DNA of 64,000 nucleotides from Trichodelitschia bisporula (GCA_010356995.1 ML996699.1:1-64000); one strand, 5' to 3'. Numbered from the stretch's first letter, positions 24,015-37,879 are shown. The notes: generated from the letters alone by a model not told the origin. Translations and numbers: made by a program.

Positions 24015-24950
24015 ATGCCATCCCCCAAAGTTCCCATAATCGAGAACCCGCGGCGCATCCTCGCCCTCAGCGCTAAAACTGAGTCTCTACTGCTGCTGCT
24101 GAAGGGTGTGTTCTCCTTTCCTGCTGTAGCGGTGCTTTGCTGACCGGAGCAGATTTAACGGGCGAGACGCCCCAACTTATCGATGGGAGTGTTGCGGGGC
24201 TAAGTCATGTGCTTAAGCTGCGCACGGCGTATTACGAGGCTGATGTACCTGTGTGGTTGGATGTGTTGCCGGAAGAGGGCGGGGCGCGAGAGTGGGGCGA
24301 TGCTTTTTGTGAGGTGGAGGCGGGGGAGGTGGTTAGGGCGGTTGGGGCGTGGGTTTGGGTTTTTGAGGCGGGAGAATGTGAAGATGATGTGCGTGACGTG
24401 CTGAGAGCAATTCGTCGCGTTATTCTCAATGCGGATGAGGGGTGGGAGGGTACGTTGCTTGCTGTTAGTGTGGGGAAGCTGGTGAAGGGGGTGGAGTGGG
24501 AGGATTTGTGTGCGGAGGAGGGGTTTGAGTTTGTGGATTCAAAGGCTAGCGGGAAAGATGAGTATGGGGAGGAGAGGGGGATTGCGAGGGTGAGGAGTGC
24601 GCTGGAGGTTACGGCTTGGGATGATGATGATGATGATGACGGGGGGAGGTTCGAGGAGGAAGGGGATGGGGTTAGAGGGGTGTTTGCGCCGGAGACGGAT
24701 GAGATGGAGCGTGCGCTTGGGGCGCTGGGACTGAGGGATGAGGAAGCGCCTGGGGAGGTGGATGAGCAGGATGTTGCGGAGCTGGAGATGCTCATGGCAC
24801 GATTGCAGGCTGCGAAGGGTATGTCACTTTGCTTCAGTGTAGAGGGCGCGGCTAACGGCAGCAGACACGGCGGCGGGTATGCCGGATGCGGAGAGGCGGC
24901 GCTTTGCGGCACGGGCAGTTGAGGGCTTGTTAAGGGACTTGGAGATTTGA
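24015..24950 (+). CDS. IRC6: Adaptin-binding protein p34/Irc6 family
   Basis: NPRRILAL..LLK|DLTG..SVAGLSH..LRTAYYEADVPVWLD..WEDLCAEEGFEFVD..GIARVRSALE..LMARLQAAK|D..MPDAERRRFAARAV. Two introns. Confidence 0.85.
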
Positions 24951-25070
24951 TACGATTTTTAAGAGACGATTGTTACGGCTGTATTCCCACCTGTACTCCC
25001 ACCCTTCGCCGAGGCAGGGTACTTCCTGCCGCGTTTTTTTTCCTGCCTGCTTTCCATCACACGTTTTGCT

Positions 25071-25352
25071 TCAACCGATGGTCGTTGCTGCGTGCCCGTG
25101 CTTCGCGACACAGTACCCCGTGCCGGCATCCACGCATTTCGAATGGCAGGCCTGCGCGGCGGAGGTGCATTCTGATGCTGCTGGGCATGGAGGATGGGAC
25201 GGTCCGCAGGGGGTTCTGGCGGGTGGGAGGGATGGAGAGGGAGGAGGCCTTGTGAGGATGGGAGATTGAGAGGGTAAGGGTGATGTCAGGGCGGAGGCGA
25301 GTGGAGGGAGGAGGAGGAGAATGAGAAGATTGAGGGGCGTGAAGAGTGCCAT
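25071..25352 (-). CDS. Small secreted Cys-rich protein (93 aa, 6 Cys)
   Basis: Hydrophobic signal MALFTPLNLLILLLLPPLASA, Pro/Ser-rich linker, then C-x6-C-x5-C-x6-C-x3-C-x7-C. Confidence 0.7.
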   Translation of the reverse strand: MALFTPLNLLILLLLPPLASALTSPLPSQSPILTRPPPSPSLPPARTPCGPSHPPCPAASECTSAAQACHSKCVDAGTGYCVAKHGHAATTIG

Positions 25353-27665
25353 CGTGGATGGGGTTGCGGTAAGGACTGGAGGTAATGGACTGGTGCGGAG
25401 TGGAGACGATGGGCTGATGCGGGTGTTTTGTGGTGAACTGAGAGTAGTCGACGTGGTATATTTGATCTAGTATGTGTTGATTGGATCTGGATGTGGTTCA
25501 CCCTATGGTTCGCCATGTTGTGCGGGGTGAGTCTGGTGTTAATTTATGGCATATGAGGCTCTACGACCAGGGGCCTCGCTTGTGCGGGCTTCTTCTCATA
25601 ATAACTTCCAGTTCGCCGCTTCAACATCACGGCATGCGCAGTATTAAGCATATAAACAGCGAGCAGCAAAAGCCTCCGAGTAGCAAATGACCCTATTTCA
25701 CCATGACCTCCGATGTCCCTCTTCCCCAGTTAACCACGCGGGTGAGCAGGCAAATGTCTCACCAAAGGGGCTATCTCGCTGTAGACACACAGGTCCGTAA
25801 CGACAACACGATCGCAACGAGCGATATTTGAAAGCGTAAACTCGGTGTGCGGGTACGCCCATATGCCGGGACTACGCCTAACAAGCTTGATAAATTTCTT
25901 TGCATTGTGATAATTTCTATCTTTTTCCAAGTCCAACAGGCGGAGCGCTTTATTTTTCCACCCACGTAGATGGGAGATACATGAGTCTTGATAACAACAG
26001 CTTCATCTGTTCTGACGGGTGTTGACTTTAACGCTAAATTCCACGCTGCTATCCGAACTCGATGTCGCTCCTTTCGGGGTTGTGCAGTCGCCTACTGCTG
26101 TCTGTCCTCTGTTCCTGCAGCCCCGAGAGCGTAGCGTTGGAAAGCACCTGCGCTCGTGTGGAGGCATTGGAGACATGTGGAGCAAAATAGAAAGTACGTA
26201 CTCGAGACACCGGGAAGTGACAGTTCAACAGCATCAAGCGGGTTTCCCGGAACCGTATGCGTCGGCTGGACGACGGTCAAAATTGCGAAGTCGGATACGA
26301 CTCCGGGGAGCTAAGATCGACGTTCCGAAGCCAGCATCTTCCCGAAGAACAGCTGAATCCCAGTGCAGCACAATCGCCTGCACGTCAATGCTAACACAGT
26401 ACGTAGCCCCCAGTTCCTTGTTCACCCAGACCTGGTGCAGACATAGCAGCTTCAACGCTGCGTGGCTTCAATTGCAATCGAATCAAGCTTTCCCCACACG
26501 GATCGGCACGGAAAATCTGGATGGCGATAACGTCGAGCTGACGTGCTCGAGCCGGCACTCCCACTTCCCCAAAGATCCGGCCTCATGCCCGGCCCGCGCG
26601 GGAGGGGGGAACGCCAGGCGGGAGCGAGAATCATCGATATCACGCGTCTGCGTCCGACAAAAACCGACGTTGTGGATGTCAACGGGAGGCAGCAGAAAAG
26701 GGAGGAAGGACTCCGCGGAGACCACCCACAGACAGCGAGCGGCATCAGGCCCAAAAAAACGGAGCGCTTGGAAGAAACCAACTTCACATGCACGTCCGCC
26801 AGCTGCGACGCGACAAGACCTTGTTTGACGATGGTGCGGCCAGCCACATACGCAAGCCACGCCCCCGGCTGCCCTTGCCCCACCAACCCAAATCAGCGTG
26901 GAGCAGCTCGCGCCACAGGCGGGCGGGAAAGGGCAGGGATGAGACGTGTTGGCGCGCCCGAACGGGACGACGTCGCCTCTTTTCTTCCAAGGTTGCTCGT
27001 CGCACGTTGATGGCTGTTTGCTGTGCCCCCGCCCTGCTTGCCTTCACCCAGATGAGAGCTGCTTTCTTCGATACAGCAAGGCGCGTGCGTTAGCCGAACA
27101 TCGACGCGATTGATTGGCGACGCCGAAGTTCCAGGGCTCGCGTCTTCTTGTGCTGCTCATGCGCGATGATCGACACCAACGGTGGATGAGATGACGTCGT
27201 AGGAAACTTACAGCGCGTCATGGCTCGTTAGTACTCCGTAAGAACAACCGGCCTCATCGACCCATTAGGGATGGGACGAGACGATTGGAGAAGCCACTGA
27301 GAGGAGGAGCCACACCACCCCCATAGCCAACAACGGCAGTAACGACGCATGATAGAAGAAAGGCTTCTTCTTGGCCGTTCGTACCTGCCACCCTTTCCAT
27401 CTCCCCCTCCTTCCTCCTCCCCACCTTCCTGCAGTCTATGACGTACCCATCAGCCCACGCCTGAGGCATCGTTATTTCCAAGCCATTCCCTTGGTGGTTG
27501 CCCGGGTCACACAAAGAGCACTGCGTCTGCAGCCACCTTTCCTGCCTATATCTTCCGCACCCTCTCCCTTGAGACCCCCATTCTCCCATACTTTCATCCG
27601 CTGACACCACACCCCCTCATCTTTTGATACCCCCAGCATTTGATTGAATAACCAATTGATTCACA

Positions 27666-30488
27666 ATGGCTTCCAAAGCCGTTAACCGTCCGGTCGACGA
27701 AAAGGCCAAAGAGACGGACATCAACACAAAGCTTCAGTTGTTTGGCATCTTTCAGGCGTTTGCCAATGGCAAGGTGCCTTCGGTACGTGACGTTAGCACC
27801 CTTGAGATTGATGATACTGACCCCCGCAGAACCAGCAGATTGACGTCGCGCTCAACTCGGCCATCGCGTCGAAGGCCTTGAGCAGTCCGTCCGGGAAGCT
27901 GTCCGAGGAGGGCCGCAAGCTGGTGGCTGACCTCAAGGACATTATCGAAAAGGCGAAGGTGCTGCTCTTGACCAAGAACGACGGCAACCTCCTGCAAGAC
28001 TTCGTCTGGCAGACGGAGCAGATCAGCGGCGGCAATGCGACGACGCCGAACGCTCCTGTGGACAAGGAGAAGGCTCGTCAGCACGGCAATGAGGCGCTCG
28101 AGGGGTTGCGCACGCTGGGTTCGCTGATCATCTCGAACGGGCAGTTCCGCAAGCTTCGTAGGTCTTCTGTTTCTCAGACAAGTGAGTCGCTAACAGCACA
28201 GTCAACGATGCCGTTATCCTTATGCGCTCCATTGCTGGTGACGCCGCCAGCCACGCGGCCGGCAAGGTGTCGCCGCCCGAGGACCAGCTCGCGCAGATCG
28301 ACCACCCTGCCCAGGACGACACATGGCACGAAGACCCGCTTGTCAATGCCAGTGAGCACAAGAGCAAGCTGCGCGGCTTCTTCCAGAAGCAGAAGCCCGA
28401 GGCGCAGCGCATCGCTGGTGACGCCACGCAGGCGGCCCACCCGGAGGATTCGCGCGACCCCACCCATGCCGCGGACGATCTCGCGCGCCGTGAGCAGCAG
28501 GGCCAACCGACGGGCATCGATATCAACGCCGGTGGGCGCGAGGCTGCCGGGCAGGTGCGTGACCACGTGTCGCAGCAGGTGCCGGATGATGTTAAGGACC
28601 GCGCTCGCGGCACCCGCGCGGACGCCCAGAACTATCTTAAGGGCAAGATGCCGCAGGAGCGTCGTGAGCAGACGATCTGGCGGCTCAAGAAGATGGTAGT
28701 GGAGATCCAGGGCCACAAGGACTGTAGGTGCTCCCATTGACGCTTCACACCCTTCTGTTGAACTCGCTGACACCCTCAGACCAGCGTGCCGTCGAGACTC
28801 TGCTGTCCCTCGCTGAGCAGTACGCCGGGCACGCGCGCGACATGACCGCTCAGGGTTCGCAGACTGTCAAGGGTGCGCACACGGACGACAGTCTCAAGAC
28901 GGCTGAGACTGACCTCAAGGTAGGCCTTCTGCACGATAATAAGTCGCAATTGCTAACCATTAAGACCCTGCTCGAGCGCTTTGCGAACAGCACGTCCATG
29001 GACGATATCTTCGACGCCATCAACCAGATCTACCGCGACGCTGACCGCGATCCCGAGCTGAAGGACTGGTTCAAGAAGATGGACACCTACGTTCGCAAGT
29101 GCCTGCAGGAGCAGGGCTTCGTGATGCGCGACGAGGCGACGGACGAGTGGAACGCTCTGTACGACCAGGGCGAGTACCTCCTCCGGCGCAAGTACCGTGG
29201 ACACACGGATCGCATCCTGGATGAGATCAAGTACTTCGGACAGCAGTTCGATGCCGACCCGCAGAACAAGGCGCTCGGCGAGGCGGTGCAGAAGCTGTTC
29301 CTGGATCTTGGTAACGACGAGTCGGGTAAGGCTGCGTTCAAGCCGCACCTGCTTAAGGACGTGCGCGATGTGATTGTGCCTACCATCCTCGAGAACGTGC
29401 GCTACGTGCCGATTCCCCGCATCGAGTACACGGATCCGATGGTTGATCTCGTCATCGAGAACCTTGTGCTTGAGAGCGACAACCTCGCGCCGAACATCGC
29501 CGAGGTCACCTCCGACAACTACTGGCGCTGGGGGCGCAAGACGGCGACCAACAAGAACAAGAACCGGGTCGTGCTCGCAATCTCTGGCGTGCAGGCGGAC
29601 CTGCGCGACGTGAGTTATTACGTCAAGAAGAAGTCGGGCTTCCCTTCGCTCTCGGACACGGGTGTTATGGACATCTTCCTTGGCGGCAGCGGCTTCAGCT
29701 TCACGATTGACATGGAGACCGCGGACAAGAGTGATAAGACGCACTTTTTCAAGATCAACCACGTGAAGACGGACATCTCGGGCATCTCTCTCAAGGTGAA
29801 GAAGTCGACGCACAAGCTGCTGCTGCTGGTCGCGAAGCCGGTGTTGCTGCGCGCCATTCGTCCGGCGCTGCAGCGCGCGGTCGAGGCGCAAATCAAGCAA
29901 AACGCTCACAAGTTCGACGCCATCATTTACCGCATCAACGAGGAGGCACGTAAGGCCGAGGCGGACGCTCGCGCGAACCCGTCTCCGGAGAACGTGCAGT
30001 CCATCTTTCAGCGCTATTGGACTGCGGCCCAGCAGCAGATCATGCAGGGTCAGCGCAAGGCGGCCGAGGTGCAAGCGAAGATGGAGGATCGCAAGGTCAA
30101 CATGGCGATCACGCAGCACGACAGCATCTTCCCGAGCGTCAAGCTTCCAGGTGGCATCTCGACCAAGGCGACCGAGTACAAGGAACTGGCTGCCAAGGGC
30201 GACAAGTGGGAGTCGCCGGTGTTCAGCATTGGCTCGGCGAAGCCTTCGTCGAACTTGCCGAAGTTGGCGGCTGTGCGTCGTCGCGGCGGTCATGGTGCGT
30301 CGTCCAACGGTGCGGGTGCTCACACTGGCAACGGTGCCGATGGCTACGCCGACCACAACCCCAACGGCGCGTTTGCGAGCCATATGGATCAGGCGTTTGA
30401 GAAGGCTCCCGGTGCCAACGGGCACGGCGCGAATGGGCACAGCACGTTGCTGCGTGACCAGAACCCGGTGCTGACTGGTGCGGTTTAG
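27666..30488 (+). CDS. HAM1-like / DUF4449 (BPI-like fold) conserved fungal protein
   Basis: DINTKLQLFGIFQAFANGKVPS|NQQID..; LRTLGSLIISNGQFRKL; IWRLKKMVVEIQGH; VPIPRIEYTD; GGISTKATEY..WESPVF. Four short introns. Confidence 0.88.
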
Positions 30489-31798
30489 TCTTTTTGCCTG
30501 ATGGTGATTAACGTTTTGCGGCTTGACGTTCATCGTTCGGCAACAGCTTGTTCTATGATACCACTGTGCTTGCGTTAGGTAATGGGTAATAAATTCTTTG
30601 CTGCTCTATTTTGAGTTCATGTATCTCTGCTGTGCAGTGAGGCGTGCTATTGATATCGTTGAATAATGAGCGCGGCCGAGTTTGCGACGGAGTTTCAATG
30701 TCCGTGTTCACTAACGAGCATATGTCACGCGAGTAGGTCAGGATCTTTTCTGGCCACATACCCCACGCCAATGTTCATATCCGTCGTCAGGCCTAGCCAC
30801 CGTACCCTCAATCGAATCTCGGCATCCGATCGGGTTTGGCTCTTAAAAGCAATGCTTGTAGGACGAGGCACGCGAGCAGAAAGTCTTCTCCACCTCCACG
30901 CTGCACCCCCGTCGATCGAGCACTGGATCGGGCGTTGAGACTCGATTGGAGGAGGGACAGGCCAGCCCTGGCGGCTGATATTGTATACTGCGCCAGATTT
31001 CACTATTACTTGCTTCCCTGGGACTTTCACTCATCGGCCTTCGGGCCCGCCTCGACGAAGGATCGGCCCTAACTAACAACCCGCGGATAGACCTCCGGCC
31101 CAGACCTTCTCGATGTCACGGCGCTCGAAGTCAAGATGGGGGCGGGAATCTTCCAGTAATGCATCCGAGGTCGTGCATTCAAACAGCCTCCGCGCGTTTC
31201 CCTCTCGTTTCACCTCAGACATCATATCGGTCGGTACGTGGCTGCAATCCGTGAGCTTCAGCTGTGCCATCCATTTTTGGGGCACATGGGAGCTTGCCCT
31301 ACAACATCCGATATGAGCCCACCACGGCTTCACGCTCTAGACCGGCCGTTCCCCGCGCAAACAAGCTTTTAAGCCCTGCTAGCCCCAGTTGCGCCATGCT
31401 CACTCGCTCGCGGTTGTGGCTCGACGCCAGTCTTGGCATCAAATATATGGCCTGCCGGCCATTAGCGCCTCGCGGGGAGATTGCCGCTCGGACGTCGTAC
31501 TATGTGAAACACCGCGGACGTTTTTTCGAACTCTTTGTGGGGTGACGATACCGCGATTGATAGGCGGCGCAAAGCCGCAGAGAGCCACGTCGCGGGAATT
31601 CCCACTTGACTCCCGCTGCCCAGGCGGCTTGTTGCCGACCACAGGTTGCAGCGGGGGATATTGCGGGGAAGCTTGGGCGAGGGAAGTGGAAGGGGAGGAG
31701 AATGCACTGTGCGCAATGGGGCGGAGGCCTGCTTACGAGCGTATATTGAGATCGGATCCTTTGGGGTAAGAAATCCCGCAATTAGCCATATGGAGGTT

Positions 31799-31806
31799 TA
31801 TATAAA
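31799..31806 (+). promoter_or_regulatory. Candidate TATA box
   Basis: TATATAAA about 235 bp upstream of the bestrophin-family ATG. Confidence 0.45.
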
Positions 31807-32034
31807 CGCGACCAAACTGTCCTTTACCACTTCGAGCGCCGGTCTGGACCCTTTAAGAGCACGGGCGAAGCTTGTTTTTGAAGCATTCTCGGCATCTCTT
31901 GCATTGAGCTTATCTCTTCTGCTCCAGCGATATCGACCGGGCGTCATTGACTTCACATAAACCCTCGGCATCATCTCCTCTGCATCCACTCATCCACATC
32001 CTCTCCTCCAAATCGTCCCTTCAGCGTGACCAAC

Positions 32035-33488
32035 ATGGCAGATGGAAAGCCCATTGTGGTCGAAATGGATTCCTTCGCAGGCGGACCACCGGTGAAGCCT
32101 AAGAAGACGGCTAAAGACTACTTCGTATGTCCCTCGCTCGGCTTTTGTGTCCTACTGACTTTCTGCTTCCAGGTCGGCCCGCGCGACATGACACACTTCT
32201 CCAAATGGCCCTTCGTACTCCGCGTCCACGGCAGCATCGTGCCCCACATACTGATTCCTATGCTCGTGGTGGCAATATGGGTGACAAGTGTGGTGTGCGC
32301 CTGCAAATTCCACTTCACGAACCGTACGCCCAGTTTACCACTGTTCCAGAAACCCTTGCTGACTCCCAGCAGATAAATTCGACCCCATCATGCTCACTGT
32401 CCTCGGTTTCATCGTCGGTCTCGCGCTTTCTTTCCGCTCCACAACCGCCTACGAGCGCTACATGGAGGGCCGGCGCTACTGGGCGCAGTTGACAGTGACA
32501 TCGCAGAATCTGGCCCGCGTGGTGTGGGTACATGCGCGCGAGCGGGAGGGTGAGGATGGGAAAGTGGATTTGCTCGGCAAAGTCACGGCGCTGAATCTCA
32601 TTGTCGCCTTCACAGTGGCGCTCAAGCACCGCGTCAGGTTCGAGCCGTACATCAACTACGACGACCTTCGGGGGCGGGTGCAATTCCTGGAGACATATGC
32701 GGGGGCCGCGAGTCCGGGATTCAACGTCCATGAGAGCCGTGTCCCGCCGCTGAAGAGGTTCGGCGAGTTCTTGGGCGTGCCGTTTGCGAAGTCAAATCCG
32801 CGTGCGCAGATCAAGCGTGCCACGCAGCCGTTGGGAAATCTGCCGCTGGAGATTTTGGTGCATTTGCAGACCTATTTTGATGCGCTGATTGAGGCGGGGC
32901 AGCTTAAGGTACCTATTTACCAAGTGCAGACGAGTAAGTGCCCCCGATGTTGTGTTTGAGCTTAGCTGACGAGCAGTCTCTGCGCTGTCGACGTTGAACG
33001 AGATAGCGACTGGCTGCGATCGTATTCTAAATACGCCGCTGCCGATTGCGTATAGCATCGCCATCTCGCAGATCACCTGGATCTACATCCTGCTACTGCC
33101 GTTTATGCTGTACGCAAAGCTAGGCTGGACGACCATCCCGGCGACCATTCTCGCCGCATACATCATCCTAGGCATGGCCCTGATCGGCACGGAGATCGAG
33201 AATCCCTTCGGCGAAGACGTAAATGACTTGCCACTCGAGAGCATGTGCGAGCAGATTGCGAACGATGTCGATGTCATCATGAGTCGGAAACGTCCGGCCT
33301 TTCCGGGGTTTGTGAAGAGGGATGCGAATGCGGTTATGTGGCCACTAAGTGGCTGTGGGTTTGATGAGTGGCTGGGTCGCAGTGAGGAAGAGATTCGTGA
33401 GGCGTTGGCGACGAAGGTGGCTGTTGGGTGGCGCGCGGGGCATCGTGGGGGTGTGCCGGATAGAGTGCCCGGCTCTGGATCGTTGTGA
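32035..33488 (+). CDS. Bestrophin/UPF0187 (YneE/VCCN-like) anion channel
   Basis: SKWPFVLRVHGS; LTVLGFIVGLALSFRSTTAYERYMEGRRYW; GNLPLEIL; RILNTPLPIAY; IGTEIENPFGEDVNDLPL. Three introns. Confidence 0.92.
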
Positions 33489-34183
33489 AGAGGTCGAAGC
33501 ACTGGAAAAATCACGGGATGGAAAATGGCATTGGGGGAGTTTATGAGCTTAAGCTAAGTTGCTCTTTGGGAGCATGATGCATGTTGTAAAGGTAAATTCA
33601 CGAGTTCAGCTTGTTTCGGCCGCAAATGAAGCATTTCGAGTTTGATGAAGCGGCGAGGCTGAAAGTCACGTGCAACTTTCCCCGTTCCTAACCCCCTGGC
33701 GTGTGAGGTCAGCTTCGACATCACGCCTGAGCCTCTCGTGAAATCAAGGCTTTAAAGGGCATGCCTTATTTGGACGTTGCATCAAATTGCTGAGTCGGGC
33801 CTCGGCAGGCATTTGATGAGGTTCCGCCGAAGCCGTCCCCACTGCTTGTGATGTAGACGTAAGGCAGGAGCACTACAGTACTAGGCAGGAAGGAGCAGGT
33901 TACTCTTGGAAAGGCACGTGATGCAATGTGCTCATGATACAAGGAAGGGGCAGCGGAGGACATCGAGTATTGATTTTTGAGCGTCTCTGGACTCTCTTCT
34001 TCTCATCGTCTTTTATCAATTCTTCACTTCACATCGTGGCCTTTTGCAGGTGCTCAGCCTATGCTTCCATTAGCTGCAAACCAACCCGCTGATCTTCTCG
34101 ACTATTCAGACGGCACGCCGTTCACAGGAAGCATGGAATCGTACTTCTATATTGAAGAAAGAACATTGAATCAACCCCGATCT

Positions 34184-35204
34184 CTACGAAGGAAACCCAT
34201 CCGCATACACCGCAACCGCCTTCCCCTCGATAATCTCGCGCGCGTAGTCGCGAAATGCAACCGGCGATATATCCGGGTACAACACATGTGCGTCGAGATA
34301 ACCGAGATACAGCGCGTTCGTAAGCGTGTTGTCTCCGCGCACAAACTTGCTGAGGTTGTACTGGCCATTGTACAGCCCGAAGCGTGTCTGCATATTGTCC
34401 TCGGCTTCAAAGGCCGCCAGACACTCCACTGCATTCGCCCGGACCTGCGACTCACTTACCTCGACGAGGTTATCCAGCGTCTCCCCGCTCACCTCCTCCA
34501 TAATCGCCTTGATCTCGCGCTGTGTCCGCTCCTCCCCCCACGCCACCACTTTCTTATTCACCGTCCTCTCATCCGCCACTATCCGCGCCACAAACCTCCC
34601 CACATCACTCTTATCAATCAGCAGCGTCTTCGCCTCGCCCCCCGCATACACCTCCTTGAACTCAAATATCGCCGCGTACTTGCTCCGCCCCGACGGCAGC
34701 GTCAGAAACGAAATCTGATGCCAGAAGCCCACATCGATAATCGTGTACGGCACTTTCGCCACCCACAACGCTTGGTACACGCGCTCCTTCTCGTCGCGCA
34801 TGTACATCACCCCGCCGGGCGGGCAGATCGTGGTAAACCCGCAGGGCACGAAGCGCTGGGTTCCAGCCAAGGCGGTGGCAGCGATGAGCGGCAGCTGCGC
34901 GAGCTGATGCATTGGGCCGATGCAGCTGATGATGGTGTGGTAGGGCTTGATTTGGGCAGCGAGGGTCTCGACGGGCAAGTCCAGGGAGGCGATGAGGAGG
35001 TGCACGCCGGTAGGTTCGAGGGCGAGGACGGCGGGTTTGGTGGCGGAGGAGGGGCGGACGAGGGCGGTGACGTCCTGGTGGGTTAGTTCTAGATGGTTTG
35101 GGAAATGGGGCAGGACTTACGAAGGTGCCGGCGGCGAGGAGCGCGTTCACGATTTCGCGGCCGGTTTCGCCCGTGGCGCCGAGGACGAGGACTTTTTGGG
35201 CCAT
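34184..35204 (-). CDS. NmrA-like / isoflavone reductase family NAD(P)-binding protein
   Basis: MAQKVLVLGATGETG Rossmann motif; RFVPCGF; EKERVY; YTIIDVGFWHQ; DVGRFVARIVADERTVNK. One intron about 35076-35120. Confidence 0.92.
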
Positions 35205-35351
35205 GGTGAAGGGGTAAGCAGCTGAATGGTATTGGAGAGACTCGAGGGGCGAAATTGAGCTCAATTGAGTCGAGATAGGTCGATAGGAGGGTGATTGAAG
35301 CTTGAGGGTTGAGGAGCGTAGATTAGCGAATTCTGAAGCCGTCAAGCTTGC

Positions 35352-35358
35352 TTTTATA
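35352..35358 (-). promoter_or_regulatory. Candidate TATA box of the NmrA-like gene
   Basis: TATAAAA on the minus strand about 150 bp upstream of ATG 35204. Confidence 0.5.
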
Positions 35359-35745
35359 GGTTAGAAACTGCCCCGCAAAAGCTCCGCCGTCTTCCCCGCG
35401 CTGCCCCTGATCTGAAGGCAAGCACACCATTGGGGAGCTAAGTACAGGTTCGTATCGCGGTCGTGGAAAGCGACATCGTCCGTGCGAATTCGACCGCGGG
35501 ATTTCGCCCGCCTCAGCCTCGTCATATATTGGCCAGGATGGGCGTGCTGACTAAGGGGTTGCGTATTCTTCCCTTATCAACGTGCCACACATGTAGTGAA
35601 GGGGGGCGGACAAACCGCAGAGCATAGCACAAGGCACAGAACAAAGTAGATAGAGTACACAGCACAGAGCATAATCGAGACTTTGCCAAACCACGCCGAA
35701 AAACAATCTGCCCATTCCCCAAACGCCAAACCGCTAGATCATGCC

Positions 35746-37702
35746 TTACTTTCCGCCGCCGCGGACCAGTCCCTCGCGCTCCTCGTCCTCGCTCTCCTCG
35801 TCCCCACTCCCACTCCCGCTCCACCGGTCCTCGTCGCCGACTTCAAATAGCGTGTCCGCCTCTAGACTGCGCTTCGGCAGGCTACTCGGCTTCTGCGGCT
35901 TCGGCGCCGGTAGAGGGGACTGGTCGCGGCGCGAGTACGCCGGGGGTGCGCTGGCGCCCACGCTTGCTGCGCCGCCTGCGCCACCTGCGTCGGTACTATC
36001 GCTGGGCGTGTGCTTGCCGTGCGCGGCTGCGGCTTCGACGTCCGAATCGAGCGAGTCGCGGACGCTGTTAATTTCGAAGCCCTCGTCGTCTTGGGCGAGC
36101 TGCGGGGGTTAGCAGGACAGTGAGTTAGGGGGAAGGGGGGGATTACCTCGTCGCTCATGGCGAAACGCCGGTTATTCGCCGTCGGTCGCCATAGGTACGC
36201 GATATACGCCACGTTCGCCAGGTACACGAGGTTCAGCCAGCCGTCGAGGACGAACCAGCGCGTCTTCCATTGCGCCTGGGGAGAATCGGCATCAACGGTG
36301 ACGACCGTGAACGAGGTGGCGAAGAAGGAGAGAAAGATGAAGATGATGCTGCCGAGGAGGCACCACCAGAGCTTCTTGTACATTCCGGCTTTCACGTGCT
36401 GCTTGCGCGCGACGAGATCCCTCATCGTCTGCCCGATGCTGTTGAGCGTCCACACGTAGAACGCGGTGAGAGTTGCCGCCAGTGGCACTACGACGAGGAG
36501 CACCATGGCCCCGGCCTCGTCCGGCCGGACTGTGAGACTTGCGACCGCGTAGATGACGTCGCACACAAAGTGCGTTGCCGCGAGCCAGCGCACCGCAATC
36601 ATTGTGCGCCCCAGTGACGGCTTAACGACGCCATAGCCCATACACACAATGAGCAGCAGGAATAATGAAAACGAGTTGCGTCCGGCGTTGAGAACCGCCA
36701 CAACGATCATGAACACTTTTGCGCCGAGGTTCGAGCCGTGCACGTTCTGGTAGTCGTAGAAGCCCCACGTCATGAGCATCTCGACAACGAGGAAGATAAT
36801 GATGGCGGTGATGTAGTTTTGGACGGCGAGAATGTCTGAACGGTGCTGCACGTAGAGGAAAGCCCAGAATGCGCCAATGACAGCGTAAACGAGGGTGAGG
36901 CCACCATAGAACGGGAGCTTCGGGATCTCAGCCGCGGGGAGCTCACCGTAGGCGTTGCGGAACTCTACGGTGGCGTGAAACTCGGACTCCGAATACACAA
37001 AGACACAGTAGTAGCCGGTGCGAACGATAGGATATGAAGGGGAGTCTGCGGGGGCGAGGGCCTTCGTAAGTATGGGGAGCTTCTGGCGTGCGGCGGCATC
37101 GGGTGCGAGCAGAAACTCGCCGCGCTGCGTGGAGTTGCAGAGAGCGCGTTCTACGGCGCCATCGTCGCAGATGAAGTCGATGGTGTCACCGTCGGGGCGG
37201 CCAACGAGGTCCTTGTCCGAGTATTCGAAGATGACGAGCGCGATCGGTGCGTCGGCGGTGACGGTGATGACGGGGTCGCGCGAGCCACCCCACGACTTCT
37301 TGCTGTACATGCCGGAGCATCGCTGGTCATTTTCGACGGTATTGTCCTGAGACGGGGAGAGTTAGTGTGGAGCAGGCTACGGGTCATGAAGCGCTAGATA
37401 TTGTAGTGGCACAGGCGGTTCGGGTGGCATGAGAATTGCATCGGGGATGAAGGGGAAGAGAGTGCCCCCAGGGAGGAACATGGAGCTTTCTTTGCAGTAT
37501 GAGGGAATAGGAGAGAGTTTGAGAGACGAGATCAAGCGGAGAGCGGCGCTCTAGCACTAGGTGTAAGGAGAGACATCGACTGACGATGACGGAGGAAATA
37601 GCGACGGGAGCAGCGGAGATAGAACAGTTAACTTACCAGAACGACCTTTGCGGCGTGGACGCCCCCAATGAGGGCCCCGAGGGCCAGCAATCTCCAGCGC
37701 AT
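35746..37702 (-). CDS. PTM1: Ptm1 / lung seven-transmembrane (GOST) family membrane protein
   Basis: Signal peptide MRWRLLALGALIGGVHA; CSGMYSKKSWGG; TGYYCV; FRNAYGELPA; RNSFSLFLLLIVCMGYGVVKPSLG; WRPTANNRRFAMSDE. Two introns. Confidence 0.93.
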
Positions 37703-37879
37703 GATGAAGTGATGATGTTTGGAGATGGTGTTTGTGCCAGCTTGCCCGATGGCCCCGTCAAGGGAGGCCCTTGGTGCCAAGGCGTGGCACAGCACGATCT
37801 GAGCCACCATAAAATATAGCGTCATTGATGTAGCAATCTCCGCCATCAACGTTGCATCACCGTCTTACTTACGCCCGTC

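Noticed and set aside
28953..30533. Long antisense ORFs (526 aa here; also 8423-9490, 10073-11134, 16712-17953, 41963-43024, 57816-58766)
   Set aside because: They are mirror frames of real GC3-rich genes, with no recognisable motifs.
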